In this document: in pieces, positions 27,204 to 41,148 of the stretch
Numbering within the stretch: position 1 is the first letter of the stretch
Layout: each line of letters starts with the position of its first letter
Assembly: GCF_026210795.1 (NCBI RefSeq)
Contig: NC_089431.1
Coordinates: 4,154,001 to 4,218,000 of the forward strand
Direction of reading: 5' to 3'
DNA from: Rhizophagus irregularis
Taxonomy: Eukaryota
DNA length: 64,000 bases
Position numbers and translations under genes: made by a program
The notes under the pieces: generated by a model
Told to the model about the DNA's origin: nothing
Database searches by the model: none
What the model saw: only the letters and a program-made list of their open reading frames with translations

Positions 27204-28750
27204 TTATTCAATTACAATTTGAAATATCTCATATTCTTCTACAGAAAATTTACCTCCAATTTCTCTGATCGATTTTTCATAAGATTTTTGTTTAAAGTAA
27301 CTAGTTTTATAAGAATTAAAATCCTCACCCCTCAAAATAAGATCATTACTACCAATTACCAAATGATGGTCCATTATTAATATAGCACTATATTCATCAA
27401 AAACATAACTTAAAATATAATTTCCAATATTATCACTATTATCATTATCATTTTTAAAAGAGAATATAAAACTATTAGCAGTGCTATAATTATAATTGAG
27501 TTCCCAAATTGTTGGATTATACCCTCCAAGAATTTCATTACTATTTTTAACCTTAATAATTGTTACGGTATTAGATTGATTATCACAAATTTCATGAAAT
27601 TTAATAGGTGTAAACCCATCACGAGATCCACGAAGCATTAAATTGAATTCGTATGAAATTATCTTATTTGTATTATCTGTATTATCTGTAATATTTGTAA
27701 TATTTGTAATATTTAATTCATCAATCCACTTTGAGATTAATTCAGCATGTTGATGCGTAATAATTTTAGAATCAATATTTTTAAATTCATTTCTCTAGTT
27801 ACATGTGGTCTTGGTTTACTATTAGGATGTAAACTTAAATGATTTATTAATAAATCCTTATATAATTCTTTCGATAAAATTTTTTTATAAGGTAATACTT
27901 TATCTAAAAATTCCTTGGAACTTAAATTATAAAATCTTATAAAAGGAATATATTGTTGTAAAGTATTTTATAATATATTGAAATCATCTTTTGAGAAATT
28001 TGTAGGATCAGAAGGAATTCCTGGATTTTGTGCATGTCCCCATTTAAGTACGTGTTCCCATACATGAACTTCACCCATTTGAAAATTATCATTTTGAATA
28101 AGTGTGATCAAAATTTTTTCCGAAATTAAAGAGAAATCCATTGAATTAAATATTTTATCCGGTTCTTTAGATATTAAATCGGTACAAAATTTTTGAAGTT
28201 CTAAAAACGAATCATTTTCAAATAATGTTTGATATATCATGTTAAAATTTTGTCCCAACCAATTTGCATATTTTTCAATCAAAAAAGATTGTAAATAATT
28301 AACTAATTCTTGAAGACTTAATTCATTAGCAGCAACTAAGATTTTAATGATATCATTAGCATCATGTTCCTCTAATGGAAGTCTTCCTCCATAAATATAC
28401 CTTAAAAATCGAAATCGGTGAAAAAAAAAATTTTTTAAAAAAAAAATTTAATTATTAAATAACATCATAAATTATTAAAAATTCTTTCCCACCTTAAAAT
28501 TGTTTGAAAAATATCGGGTAAAATATTTGGTAATTTAATATGTACCAAATTTTCATCATTATTCTTTAAAATTCTTCGTAAATGAGGTGAATGATGATTT
28601 AAAATAACTTTATGAGCTTGAAAGATTTTTACGTTAGGATCATTACCAACTTCAATGGTAATATCACAGTATTCGTTGTCATTCAAACTTTCGAGATAAT
28701 TCTGAGATAATTTTGGCAAAAATAATTTTGGTAAAAATTTATTGTTTATT
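27204..28750 (-). pseudogene. BTB-BACK-TLDc pseudogene
   Basis: Same two-exon structure as its paralogs. No ATG at the homologous start, premature stop at 27968 and further frameshifts. Confidence 0.85.
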
Positions 28751-29397
28751 ATAATTATTTTCTTCTCTTTCTCTTTTTTTTTTTCTGGGAAAAAGGAAAA
28801 TTATAATTTGATCAAAGGTAAATTGGCAATAAATCAGGAAATCATAGTTGCACAACATTGTAAATCCGGATTATAAGCCCAATTAGATTTGATAAAACAA
28901 TGAAAGATTAATGGTAATTTGTCATTATTATAGCATTGTATTGTGGCAAAGGTTACCTGTTTCTCTGTTGTAAAAAATCAAACACATAGTGTTCCACATT
29001 GTGGTAAATCCGTAAATATAAACGTGAAAATTTATATCGTGATATTATCCGATTTGGACCGCCATCTAAGCCATCTAAGATAGGACGAGATGAATTATTA
29101 GATAGAAATGCAGTAGCCGTATTTTCTGATCGTTAACGATCATGATGTTTCGTTCGTAAATATTTGTTATCATTTGATGTAATGTTGAAAATTGAACAAT
29201 TCAATTGAAAATAAAATGTCAAAATAACCAAATAATTTCGTTTCTCGCCCCTCAAATGCAAGCAGTTCATTAGATAATTTTTGTTTTTTTTTAAAAAAAA
29301 AATACAAATTAAGAAATATACATAACAACGAAATGATCCTGAATTTCTACGTGTAAATACAAGAAAACTATATAACATAAACACACTAAATTAATTA

Positions 29398-30852
29398 TCA
29401 ATTTTTGATTACCAAGAAAACTTCGTATTCTTCTATAAAAAAATCACCATCAGTTTCTCTGATCGATTCCTTATAAGAATTTTTTATACAACTACTACTT
29501 CTATATAAATTATTTAATGATAAAATAATGTCCCCATTACCAAATGATGGTCCATAATTAGGATTATTAAATATGGCGAAATTTCCATCTTTTATACGAC
29601 TTAAAATATGATCTTCAAGGTTATCATTATTCTTAAAAGAAAATAAAAAGCTATTATTAGTGACACCATAACTATTAATATTAGAATTCCACGTTATTGG
29701 ATTATATCCTCCAAGAATTTCATCACTATCTTTTACTTTAATAATTGATACCGTATAAAATCTATTAACACAAATTTCATGAAATTTTTTTGGTGAAAAT
29801 CCATCACGAGATCCACGAAGTATTAATTTGAATTCATATGTAGAATTCAATTTATCAGTAATTTGTAACCCATTGATCCATTTTGAGATTAATTCAGTAT
29901 GTTGAAGCGTAATAATTTTTGAATCAATATTTTTACGAAGTTTTGATTTACCGATTGGCTTGTTATCAGGATGCACACTTAAATGATTTCTTAATAAATC
30001 CTTATACAAATCTTTTGGTAAAATTTTTTTGTAAGGTAACACTTTTTCCAAAAATTCTTTAGAAGTAAAATTATAAAATTTAATAAGAGGAATACATTGT
30101 CGTAAAGTATCCTTTAAAATATAGAAATCATTTTTTGATAAGTTTGTAGGATCAGTTGATAGTTCCTGATTTTGAGCATGACCCCATTTAAGTGCATGTT
30201 CCCATACTTGAACTTCGTTCATCTGAAGATTTTCATTTTGAATAAGCGAGATCAAAATATTTTCTGGTATCGAAGTGAAACTTAATGAATTAAATATCCT
30301 ATCCGGTTCTTTGGACATTAAATCATTACAGTATTTTTGAAGTTCCAAAAAAGAATCATTTTCAAAACTCGTTCGATATATCAAGGTAAAATTTTGTTCC
30401 ATCCCATTTGTATAGTTTTCAATAAGAGAAGATTGTAAATAACTAACTAATTCTTGAATATTAAGTTTGTTCGCAGCAACCAATATTTTAATGATATCTA
30501 AAATATCATATTCTTCCAAAGGAAGTTTCCCCCATAAAGATACCTGAATTTCAAAAATCTTTTAAAAATAAATTCTTATATAAATTCACATATAGTACGT
30601 CCTCTTACCTCAAGATTATGTGAAAAATTTCTGGTAAAATATTTGGTAATTTAATATGGACCAAAATTCCATCATTTTTCTTATTAACTGACAAAATTTT
30701 TCGTAAATAAGGTTTAAAATTACCATATGAGCTTTAAATATTTTTACGTCAGGGTCATCACCAACTTCAATAGTAATATCATAATATTCGTCATCATCTA
30801 ATATTTCAAGTAAGTCTTGTAATAATTTTGGTAAGAATTTATTATCAACCAT
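29398..30852 (-). pseudogene. BTB-BACK-TLDc gene with frameshifted exon 1
   Basis: MVDNKFLPK..KAHMVILN then a deletion/frameshift near 30710. Exon 2 (29398-~30543) is largely open, with BACK and TLDc motifs. Confidence 0.8.
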
Positions 30853-31259
30853 TATATTGAGGAGATTGTTGTTTTGAAGAAAAAAGAAAAACAAACGTGA
30901 TCGTGTATGGTAGGGTAGTATGGTAATTGTCAACCTTATAAATCTTTTTTTCTGAATCGGGAAATCAAGATCGCACATCGTTGTAATGAAGTTGATATCT
31001 TAATTAAAGAAAATTTAATATTATGGGTCAGTCGGTATAGAACTTTCTGCAAATTCGCTTTAATAATCATTATCCCTTTGTTTTTTTTTTTAAAAAAAAA
31101 AAAAGATTCAATGCAATTCGTTCGATGGAAATGAATGAATGATCTGAATGATACGGGAGGTTGGATCACGTGATAAAGGAATTTAAGTATAAATAGTACG
31201 CCACACAAACTCCCCTAAAAAAACCAAAAAAAAGTTTAAACCACAACTATAAACGAAAC

Positions 31260-32795
31260 ATGATAATGGATTTAAAGGATTATGAGTTTTTGCCTCAATT
31301 ATCTCAAAATTTACTTGAAAGTTTGGACGAAGACGAATATTATGATATAACTATTGAAGTTGGTAAAGATCCCTACGTAAAAATTTTTCGTGCTCATATG
31401 GTTATTTTAAATCGTCGTTCTCCTTATTTGCGAAGAATTTTATCAACTAATAAAAAGTACAATGATGGAAACTTGGTACATATTAAATTACCAAATATTT
31501 TACCAGAAATTTTTCATATAATTTTAAGGTGAAAGGAGAATTAAAACTATAAAATAATTTAATTAATATTTTACAATATTTTTTTTTTAATATTAAGTAA
31601 AAAACTTTTTTTTCTTTTTTTTTATTTTAGGTATATTTATGGGGGGAGGCTTTCTTTAAAGGAATATGATACTGCAGATATCATCAAAATCTTGGTGGCG
31701 GCTGTTCAACTTAACCTTAAGGAATTAATAATCTATTTACAATCATTTTTAATTAAAAACAAATCCGATTGGATGGAGAAAAATTTTAACCTTATATATA
31801 GGACGAGTTTTGAAAATGAATCTCTCTTGGAACTTCAAAATTACTGTAATAAACTTATTTCAAAGGAACCAGAAAGGATGTTTGAATCACAAAATTTTTC
31901 TTCAATTCCAGAAAAAGTTTTGGTCTCGCTTATTCAAAATGAAAATCTTCGAATGAGTGAAATTGAAATTTGGGAACATGTTCTTAATTGGGGACTTGCA
32001 CAAAATCCGGAACTTCCATCTGATCCTGCAAATTTTTCGAAGGATGATTTTAGTTTATTGAAAAATACCTTAAAATCGTATATTCCTTTTATTAGATTTT
32101 ACGATTTAACCTGTAAGGAATTTTCGAAAAAAGTATTACCTTATAAGAAAATTTTACCAAAGGAATTATATAAGGATTTATTGGATACATTTTTAGATTT
32201 ACATCCTGATAGTAAACCTGATAAATCAAACCCTCGTAATTCTAATAGTTCAAAACATATTGATTCTAAAGTTATTACATCACAACATGCTGAATTAATA
32301 TCGAAATGGATTGATAGATTAGAAATTACGGATAAACTGACTTCTTCATATGGATTCAAATTAATTCTTCGTGGATCTCGTGATGGGTTTACGTCTCGTA
32401 AATTTCACGAGGTGTGTGATGATCAAACTAATATTGTAGTAATTGTTAAAGTGAAGCAAAGTAATGAAATTCTTGGAGGGTATAATCCAGCCACGTGGAA
32501 ATCTGGTTACCGTTTTAGCACTACTAGAAATAGTTTCATATTCTCCTTTAAGAATAATGATGGTATTGAAAATTTTATTTTAAGTCGTGTAATGGATGAA
32601 GAGTATGCCATACTTAATAACCCTACCTGCGGTCCTTCGTTTGGTAATGGTGACCTTATTTTGTCAGGCGAAGAGAGTTCTTCTGGTTATTGTGAAAGTT
32701 ATTGTGAAAAAAGTTCTTATGAGAGGCTTATTAGGGAAACCGAAAGTGAATTTTCTGTAGAAGAATATGAAATATTTCAAATTGTAAAATACTAA
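31260..32795 (+). CDS. BTB/POZ-BACK-TLDc domain protein, intact
   Basis: Exon 1 31260-31528, intron 31529-31630, exon 2 31631-32795. Motifs LRGSRDGF, FHEVCD, GGYNP, GPSFG, EEYEIF. Confidence 0.92.
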
Positions 32796-32941
32796 GTATC
32801 GGTATTAACAGTTAAAAAATTTATTTAATTTACTTAATTTACTCTTATTATTTGTAGTATAATTATATTTTATTTTATTAAATTTTTTTTCTTTTTTTTT
32901 TAAAACAATAAAAAAATATGTAAAAAAATTTTTAAGAATTA

Positions 32942-33406
32942 TTGCCGTTTTCAGAAATGTTGACAATCTGAAATTTTGACCATTTTATACCGAACACACC
33001 GAACACACCGAACACACCGTGAACACATACAAAAAATTATGCAAACTTGAAGTATTCATGCATAACTTTATATAAAAACTATTTTTGTCACTTTTTAGAT
33101 ATGAATAAAATTGAAAATATGAAAATTTGTACCGAACACACACCGAACACAAACGAACACACCAAACACACCGAACATTGGCAAATACAAGCAAATACAA
33201 GTGAATACATATATGCAAATAATATAATTTTTATACATTTTTTTATGCACACTACCTAAAAATATATTACTAAAGTTTTAATTTTGCTTTTTTTAAAGGA
33301 AAATTTGTTTTTTTTTAATTTTAATTGCTGTGTTCGGTGTGTGTTCGGTGTGTTCGATTTATAGAAATGATCGACATTCTAATGTCAACATTTCTGAAAA
33401 CGGCAA
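32942..33406. mobile_element. MITE with CCGAACACA subterminal repeats
   Basis: About 25-bp perfect TIR TTGCCGTTTTCAGAAATGTTGACA, TA flanks, tandem CCGAACACA motifs. Confidence 0.85.
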
Positions 33407-34460
33407 TAATCGGTTACAGAATATATATATTTTTTGTTTATGACTAGAAAGAAAGTTTTATAAATTAAATCATCGAATTCATCTTTAAAAGCGAAGAACT
33501 CATAAACAGTGATGAATTTCTATGAATAAGTAATAATTTTATCGCTAATAAATATTCCTTTTGATCTTCAACGCTAAAGCAATATTTGATTGGTCTACTT
33601 GATAAGAGAAAGACGCATTGGGACACATGTACTGGTAATTAAACAATGTGGAGAATTGTAAATCCTCAAAAATATGGGTAGTACATTTTTAGAAATTACA
33701 TGAATGAAAAAATTGGCGTATATTATTTATTTAATCACGGAGTAACCAAGTGTGATTTTCTTTGTATTATATTGTTATATTTCGTCATTGAATTTTTTCA
33801 TCACTATATTATATGTTTTGACAATTATTACTTTATATTTGTGATATTTTATTAAATATTTTAATGGTTTTGATGATGATTGAAAATTTAATTCTATTTA
33901 TATATACATATACTATATATTTTTTTCGGGAAAATATATCATTAATTCATTGTATTATTTACTTACAACTTTTAAAAAATTATTATTTAAATCAACCAAA
34001 AAAGGGTAACTGGACAATTCAATAAATAATCACGCCAGCCGGCTGAAAAAAGCCACGAATGAATTCAATAAACATTCCAAAATGGGAATCTATTATGATT
34101 GCATTTATACCAAAAAAAGATTATCATTTAAGTTAAATTCCTATGAATGGAAAATTTCATAGAGTAAAAAATCTTTGTCTCTGGAGTCCGGATATGCAGT
34201 ACACACAAACAATGATTAAAGACTTCCTTTTGTTAAAAATCGCTAGGTTTTACAAATTAAAAGTAAAAGAATCCTATACGATCTAACCATACCCCTTTGT
34301 GTTAAAAGTATTACATCTTACGATTTGAAAGTAAAATATAAGTTATAAATATAAAGAATATGATTATCCCGAACATTTCAGTTTAATTTAATTCTTTACC
34401 AAAAATTTAATTCTTTACCAAAAAAAAAAAGATCTAAAAAAAAACAAAAAATATTTTGAG

Positions 34461-36736
34461 ATGGCAAATTTAGATGAAAATAATCAAGGTGAAAGTATGG
34501 AATTATTAGGCGTGATTTATGGTATAGGAATGAACGTTAATAATATAATAGGAGTTGGTTTGTATATTTATATTTACTGATTTTAAAAAAGGAATATCAA
34601 TACTAGATTTAAAAAAATGATTTTAAAATATATATGCAGGCATTTTTACAACTCCCGGAATTGTTTGGAAACAGGTAAAAACGCCTCATGTCGTTATATT
34701 ATTATGGCTAGCCGGTGGGATTGTAAGTCTATTTGGTTCCCTTATTTATACCGAGGTAAACAACATTGTCTATATATAAATGAATTTTTTTTTAAAAAAA
34801 AAATTATGTCGATTTAACTGTTCTCTGGTTTAAAAAAAAAAAGTATGGAGCCCTACATAGAGATAATGGTGGAGAAAAAATTTATTTGGAAAAAGCATAT
34901 CCATCACCACCATTAATGGCAAGCTACCTTTTTAGCTTCATGTTCATATTGTGAGTATAATAATTATTTTCGTAAAAAAAATTTATAAACTCTCCATATA
35001 ATTAATTTATCATGGTATTATTTAGCGTGATTCGACCCGTGATTATATGCGCAGTATTACAGTCTGCTGCGCAATATACATGGTATATGTTTGTTGGAAC
35101 CTCTCCATTGGATGGAGATGACAAAATAGATCCACTCTTAAATGGTTGGCAAAACAAATTTAAACCTTACTGGTATTTATTTTAAATTTATATACAATCT
35201 GTAAATTCTTTTTATTTTCATTATTTAAAATCCTTAAATAATTTCTCTTATTCATAGGATATTGAAATTGATAGCAATTTTTTTTTTGTTATTAATAACA
35301 GGATATCATTTGTTAAATAGAAAATTGGCAAATAAGATAAATCATGGTCTTGCAATAACTAAAATGATCGTGATATTGGTAATTGCATTGGGTGGAATAT
35401 CAAAGTATCATAATAACGAAAATTGGAAGAAACCTTTAGATGATAATTCGATCAATACAGCCGTTAATTCTTATCCTATTGCAATTATTCAAATTTTATT
35501 TAGTTATAACGGATGGAACACTCTAAATTATTCTTTAGATGAATTTAGAAATCCTGAAGTAAAATTAAAACTTAGCAATATTTCTAGTATTGTAATTGTA
35601 ACGATATTATGTAAGTTTTTTTTTAAAAGTATTTTTTTTTTGAACAAAACGTTGTATCTTTTATCTAATCACTTACTTTTATCAGATTTATTGGCAAATG
35701 TTGCATTTATTACTGCTTTACCATCTGATGTTATAACAAAAACCGAACATTTTAATGAGACAATTACAGCAGATTTCTTTAAAAGTATTTTTTTTGACAG
35801 TAATGTTGCTGCAAGGGTATTATCACTTTTTGTTGTTCTTTCTGCTGTTGGTACTGCTGCAACAAGTGTTTGGAGGTATTTAGTGTAAATTTTTCATTTT
35901 TAAAAATTTTTTTTTTTTAAAAAAAAAACATATTAAAAAATTTTTTTTTGATTAGTGGATCAAGAGTTATTGTGTCAGCGGCGAAATCAAATTTTTTTCC
36001 AATCTTTTCACCACAATTAGTAAAGTGGAGAGAAAGGGAGATAAATCAGCAAGGGCAAAGAGGGGAAAATATGCGATATACTGAATATACGCCAGTTAAC
36101 GCGTTATTAGCGCAACTTGTATGGTGTATATTCATTATATTAATCGTTGGTGGATCAATACAAGTTGATAGTTTCGTGCTATTCACTTCAATAGCAACTT
36201 TTTCTGTCTGGATATTTTACATTGTTACAAGCTTGGGTTTAGTTGTAAGCATAATTCAAATTCATTTTTTTTTTTATTATTTAACATTTATTGTTATTTT
36301 TTATTCATTTTTTTTTTAAAAAAAAAATTTTTAGAAAACACGAAAAAGATATCCTGGTAACCCTCCATTCAAAGTACCACGTTCAATAATTCATTTGTTT
36401 ATAGTTTCGGGATTTCTATTTATTGCATTATCATTTGTCCCTGATAAAGAATCAATACATCCGTATATAGTTCAAATATCATTTATCTTGGTTAGTTGTA
36501 TATTTTTATTTATTGGATTTATTTGTTATTTCGGATTATTTCGACAGCAACAGCAACCGATACAACCGCAACAGATACAACTACAACCGATACAACCGCA
36601 ACAGATACAACCGCAACAGATACAACAGCAACAGATACAACCGCAACAGATACAACCGCAACAGATACAACCGCAACAGACACAGCAACAACAGATACAA
36701 CAGCAACAGATACAACAGCAACAGACACAACAATAA
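34461..36736 (+). CDS. APC-superfamily amino acid permease (LAT/Mup1-like), about 8 exons
   Basis: GMNVNNIIGVG/IFTTPG, GGEKIYLEKAY, LFSYNGWNTLNYSLDE, SGSRVI, TPVNAL, PFKVP; many TM segments; GT-AG introns. Confidence 0.9.
36545..36733 (+). repeat. 15-bp coding tandem repeat encoding (QPQQI)n
   Basis: About 12 copies of CAACCGCAACAGATA immediately before the permease stop codon. Confidence 0.95.
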
Positions 36737-39348
36737 ATACAACGGCAATAATTGTAGCATCATAGTCGACAAAATGTAGAAGAATTATAATTTATCAATC
36801 AATGGCATTATGAGTATATTATATATATTTATAGTATTTTCATTTTAGTAGTAATATATATCTATATTATATAGATTCACTGTAATTATAATAAAAATCA
36901 AATCATCATTATATACATATTATTTAATTTATAAACGACAGCTTTTGGTGTGTTAATAATCAAGATCAAAATATTAAGATCTGACCAGTAAAAGTTTAAT
37001 TGAGTGTATGGAAAGGCAAATTAGTTAATTTGACGCACATTCGAAAAGGTGTGAAAGATTTGGAGTAATAAAATCCACAAATAAGGCTGGTCAAAAGGTT
37101 TATTTAACACGTGATTTAGGGCGGAATTAGAAAAAATTCTTTGATTTAGGCCAAAACTTGATGTATACTTTAATTCCAGCTCAAATTAACTACCATACTC
37201 CGAGATTGAGTACGTATTTCTATGAATTAATTATATTATCAGGAACTAAGGAGTTTGAATATAAATTTTTGCTTGAGCATCGGGCTATTATGGCTTTCGA
37301 TTCATTACTCTCCAAATTGATCATTAAAATAAGATTTAATTTTGAGATAAGTCGAAAAAAAAAGTAGGGATTTTATATATAACACACATTCTCAAAATAA
37401 CTATTACATATTTTAAAAAAAGCGGTACTGCAGATTCTTGTGACAAGTTTTTTTTAATATAATACAATTATTCTGATTTAATCGCTGTTACGCACGTTAC
37501 GCTGAGGCGATCGATTTTTGGAAGGTTTTTATTTTTAACGCGGTACAAAATTTTACACATAATTAATTTTTTATTAAAATTTTCATGTGGATATCCAAAT
37601 TTTACGGCTAATATTAAGGTAAATATCAACTAAATTTGATACACTAATTGTATTGCCTATATTGCCTTATTTCTTTTGTTTTTTTTAACCCTATATTATC
37701 TGTATTATCTGTCCAAAAATGTTCTAAACCGATAAAAAAAAAAAGTAAAATCAGCCCAAAACTTAACCAAAAAAAGGTTCACTTAAGTGTTAAAGTTTTT
37801 TTTAACCGGTTCTTAAAAATTGCCATTTTTAAACCAGTTTTCAAACTTGTTAATCTGAAATAAATTTTTTGTTACTCAAATGATAAAATCAAAAAAAAAA
37901 AAAAGACAAAAAAAAATTCTTTGTCAAAGTAATGTATCAGTAGTGTATCGTTATAACTTTTCCTTAAAAAAAAAAAATTATTATTATTATTATTTAATTT
38001 CGAAATTAATTAATATTATTGAGGATCAAATAAATCATTTTTTACATTTTTTTAGTAATATATTATAATATATTATGTATTAAACAATTAGAAATTTCTT
38101 TGTGTGCTGATCATTCCATTTTTCTATTTTGTTATTCATATTAAGATATATATATATTATATATAATATATTTACAAAAAAAACATTTGCTTTTGTTGTA
38201 AATCAAATCTATATCAGAAAATCAAAAAAAAAAAAAAATCATTTTTTAGTACGGGTACTCCTTTTGATTATGACCTGCCGAAATACAAAATATCTTGTTT
38301 TATTGGTAAGGTGATACATGGATTTTAATGAATATTTAATAAAATTAAATAATAATAATATATAAATAATATAAATAACAAACAATAACCAAGTCACAAA
38401 AAAAAATGGGAGCCACAAACAAAAAACAAAAAAAATAGAGTTAAATATTATTCATGAGAAAAAAATAGATTTATGATAAGTTCAATTGTTTATTCGAATT
38501 TTTTTTTTCGGTTAGTCAAGATTAAATAATAACATAATAATGATTAAAGTTCAATTTTAATAATTTTTATATAAGATATTGTCAATATTTTTTATTATTA
38601 TTATCTTTTTTTTTTATTAAATCTATTTAAGAGATCGGCAGCCCGTCATACAATCACATGCGCTTTTAATATTTCGTATCCGAAACATAGAATGAAAGTA
38701 TGAAAAAAGGAAGTATCACCGAAACATTTTTTAAGTGTCATTTTTAAAGAATTCGGGGAATATAATAAAATTGTAAAAATTGTAAGGAAATACAAGGAAC
38801 AAATTAATTTAGGTTTTGTAATTATTTTACTTTTTTGTTATTATGATTATTATGATTTTTTAGTAATAAATTAAAAAAAAAAATTTTCTTTCAATTATTG
38901 GTCTGCAATATAATAACGTAGTTTTGCTAATCGGTAAAAGCGATGGTGGTACCAAAAAAAAAGAAAATTATTGTTAACAAAGAAAAAATACTATAATAGT
39001 ATAATGGATTTTTCGCGTAATGATGTCCAAGAAATAGTTAATTGGCAAGTGATTTGTCGTGATCGCGTTTATTTTTTAACACCGTCTAAAAATTGTAATT
39101 TTTAATTGAATAGATCAAAGTATGATAATAACATAAATAACGCACATATACCAATATATTATTCATCAAAAAATACCAATTTAATATAATAATAAAATAA
39201 TTAATAAAAGATTAATAATAGTAATAATAATAATTATTTCTCAATAATCTCCCACCAAATAATATTTTTTAAAAAAGATCCTAAATATCCCAAATATCTA
39301 TAATTATTTGATTCTAATAAGTAATTTCAAATGAATTCTATCAAAAAT

Positions 39349-41148
39349 TTAACACACCTCAAAACCAAAAGATTCGTAAAACGGGTGATAAAAATCAGAA
39401 ACTTCTTCTCGTATGATGCCTATATATTCTCGCCCATTTTGTATCAAAAATTGATCAAAATCTTGATTAAAATTTTCTATAACATATTTAAATTTGAAGT
39501 TTCTATAATCACTATTTTCATAATATCTAATTCTATTTAAAGCAAATTGTAAAATTATTCGTAAATTATCATTTCGAATCATTTGATCATTATAAAAATA
39601 TAATTCACATAATTTGTTATAGCCCATATTTTCTAATAATTTCAATAAAAAGTATGTGATGAATTCTTCTTCAACACAACAGAGATTTAAACCTAATTTC
39701 TTCAAAGAACTAGGTAATGAATTAGCGAACGCCACGATATAGTTATCATTTAGCATTGGCGGTAATTTCAATTTCAATTTAAGATGTTCTAACTCTCCCA
39801 ACACCTCCAATAACCTGATAAACAACCAAAAATCTTTAATCGGTAATTCACACGATAAATGTGTTAAATTATGACAATTTTTTCCTAATGTTGTAATGAT
39901 CGAAGTATTTATTCTACCTAAATTCAATGTTCGTAGATTTGTTTTGGTCATTATGAGTATTTTCTTAAGACCAAAAGCAACTATATCATCACTAACTGAG
40001 AATCCATTTTTTTGTTGTTGATGTTGTTGTTGATGCTCATCGTATATACAATTAATATATTCATTATCTACGCCTACACAATCTTCAACACAATAAATGT
40101 TTTTAATGTTCAATTGATTGAATCCAAACTTTTCAAATATGGGTACTCCCCTCATTTTAATATCACAAGATCCCCAATTAACATCCATCATATACTCCTC
40201 CCCTTCTTTTCTTTCAAAGATCAACGACTCCAAATTGGTGCAATTTCGTAATTGTTTGATTATACTTGCGAAATTTTTTAATTTCCCTTCAATTGTCAAA
40301 TATTTTAAATTGGTTTCCTGAGATTTAATGATTTCTCCGAATTCAAATAAATTCTCAGTAATTAAAGATTCGTTAAAAGATAAACCTTCTATTTTAAACT
40401 GATGAGCAATAAAATCGGAAATATTTTTAATGAACCGTGTGGTAAATGATATGATATTATTAGATGAAATATTAATTTTAACGAATCTAATTGAAGAAGT
40501 GTAACGAGATAAAGCAATGAATAAATCATTAAGGTTGTCCTCATCACTTTGAATACTAGGATACCTTCCTCCAACAAAATGGGTAACTTCTAAATTTATT
40601 AAACGAGATATAGAATAAACAAATTCTTTATGTTTAATAAAAAATACTCTATCATGAGAGTTTAACTTAAAATATTTCAAGGATTTCAATCGTTTCATCG
40701 ACGCAAATAATAAGTTACCAACAAGATAACTTGTATAAATAAATTTATCTTGATAATTTACTCGATAATTATATGGGTCAATTAATATTAACCACCTCTC
40801 GATTAATGATTGAAATGTTTGTGAATTAAAACTTTTCAATAATTCTGGATAATAAAAATATGTCGCTTCCGGTGATTCCAAAGGAATTCCCGTATGTAAT
40901 AAATATGATTTATCTTCATCCACTAAAGAACTGATGTATGTATTTATAATAAGAGGTGATTTTGGACTATCTAAATTTATGTGTTCAAAAGGTTTACCCC
41001 ATAATAATGGGGTCGCCAAATGACAAAAAAATCGGTTTACGAATATACAACTGTGTAATGTTTTTCTATCATTTCTAAGTTGATAAAAAATTTCATCGTA
41101 ACACTCGACGGGTATTGGACTATTTACGTTAAACTCGCTAAAGTCCAT
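39349..41148 (-). CDS. F-box / LRR-like (RNI-like) protein, intronless, 599 aa
   Basis: N-terminal IPVECYDEIF..LHSCIFVNRFFCHLATPLLW F-box; LRR-like repeats (NLKYLTI, NLESLIF, NLRTLNL, NLTHLSC). Confidence 0.88.
   Translation of the reverse strand: MDFSEFNVNSPIPVECYDEIFYQLRNDRKTLHSCIFVNRFFCHLATPLLWGKPFEHINLDSPKSPLIINTYISSLVDEDKSYLLHTGIPLESPEATYFYYPELLKSFNSQTFQSLIERWLILIDPYNYRVNYQDKFIYTSYLVGNLLFASMKRLKSLKYFKLNSHDRVFFIKHKEFVYSISRLINLEVTHFVGGRYPSIQSDEDNLNDLFIALSRYTSSIRFVKINISSNNIISFTTRFIKNISDFIAHQFKIEGLSFNESLITENLFEFGEIIKSQETNLKYLTIEGKLKNFASIIKQLRNCTNLESLIFERKEGEEYMMDVNWGSCDIKMRGVPIFEKFGFNQLNIKNIYCVEDCVGVDNEYINCIYDEHQQQHQQQKNGFSVSDDIVAFGLKKILIMTKTNLRTLNLGRINTSIITTLGKNCHNLTHLSCELPIKDFWLFIRLLEVLGELEHLKLKLKLPPMLNDNYIVAFANSLPSSLKKLGLNLCCVEEEFITYFLLKLLENMGYNKLCELYFYNDQMIRNDNLRIILQFALNRIRYYENSDYRNFKFKYVIENFNQDFDQFLIQNGREYIGIIREEVSDFYHPFYESFGFEVC

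Noticed and set aside
36496..36779. Overlapping ORFs (TTATD)n, (NRYNR)n, (VSVAV)n, (LYLLR)n
   Set aside because: They are alternative frames of a stop-free 15-bp repeat; only the Q-rich frame continues the permease.
37158..38314. Several 60-70-aa ORFs
   Set aside because: K/F/I/N-rich translations of low-complexity AT DNA with no motifs.
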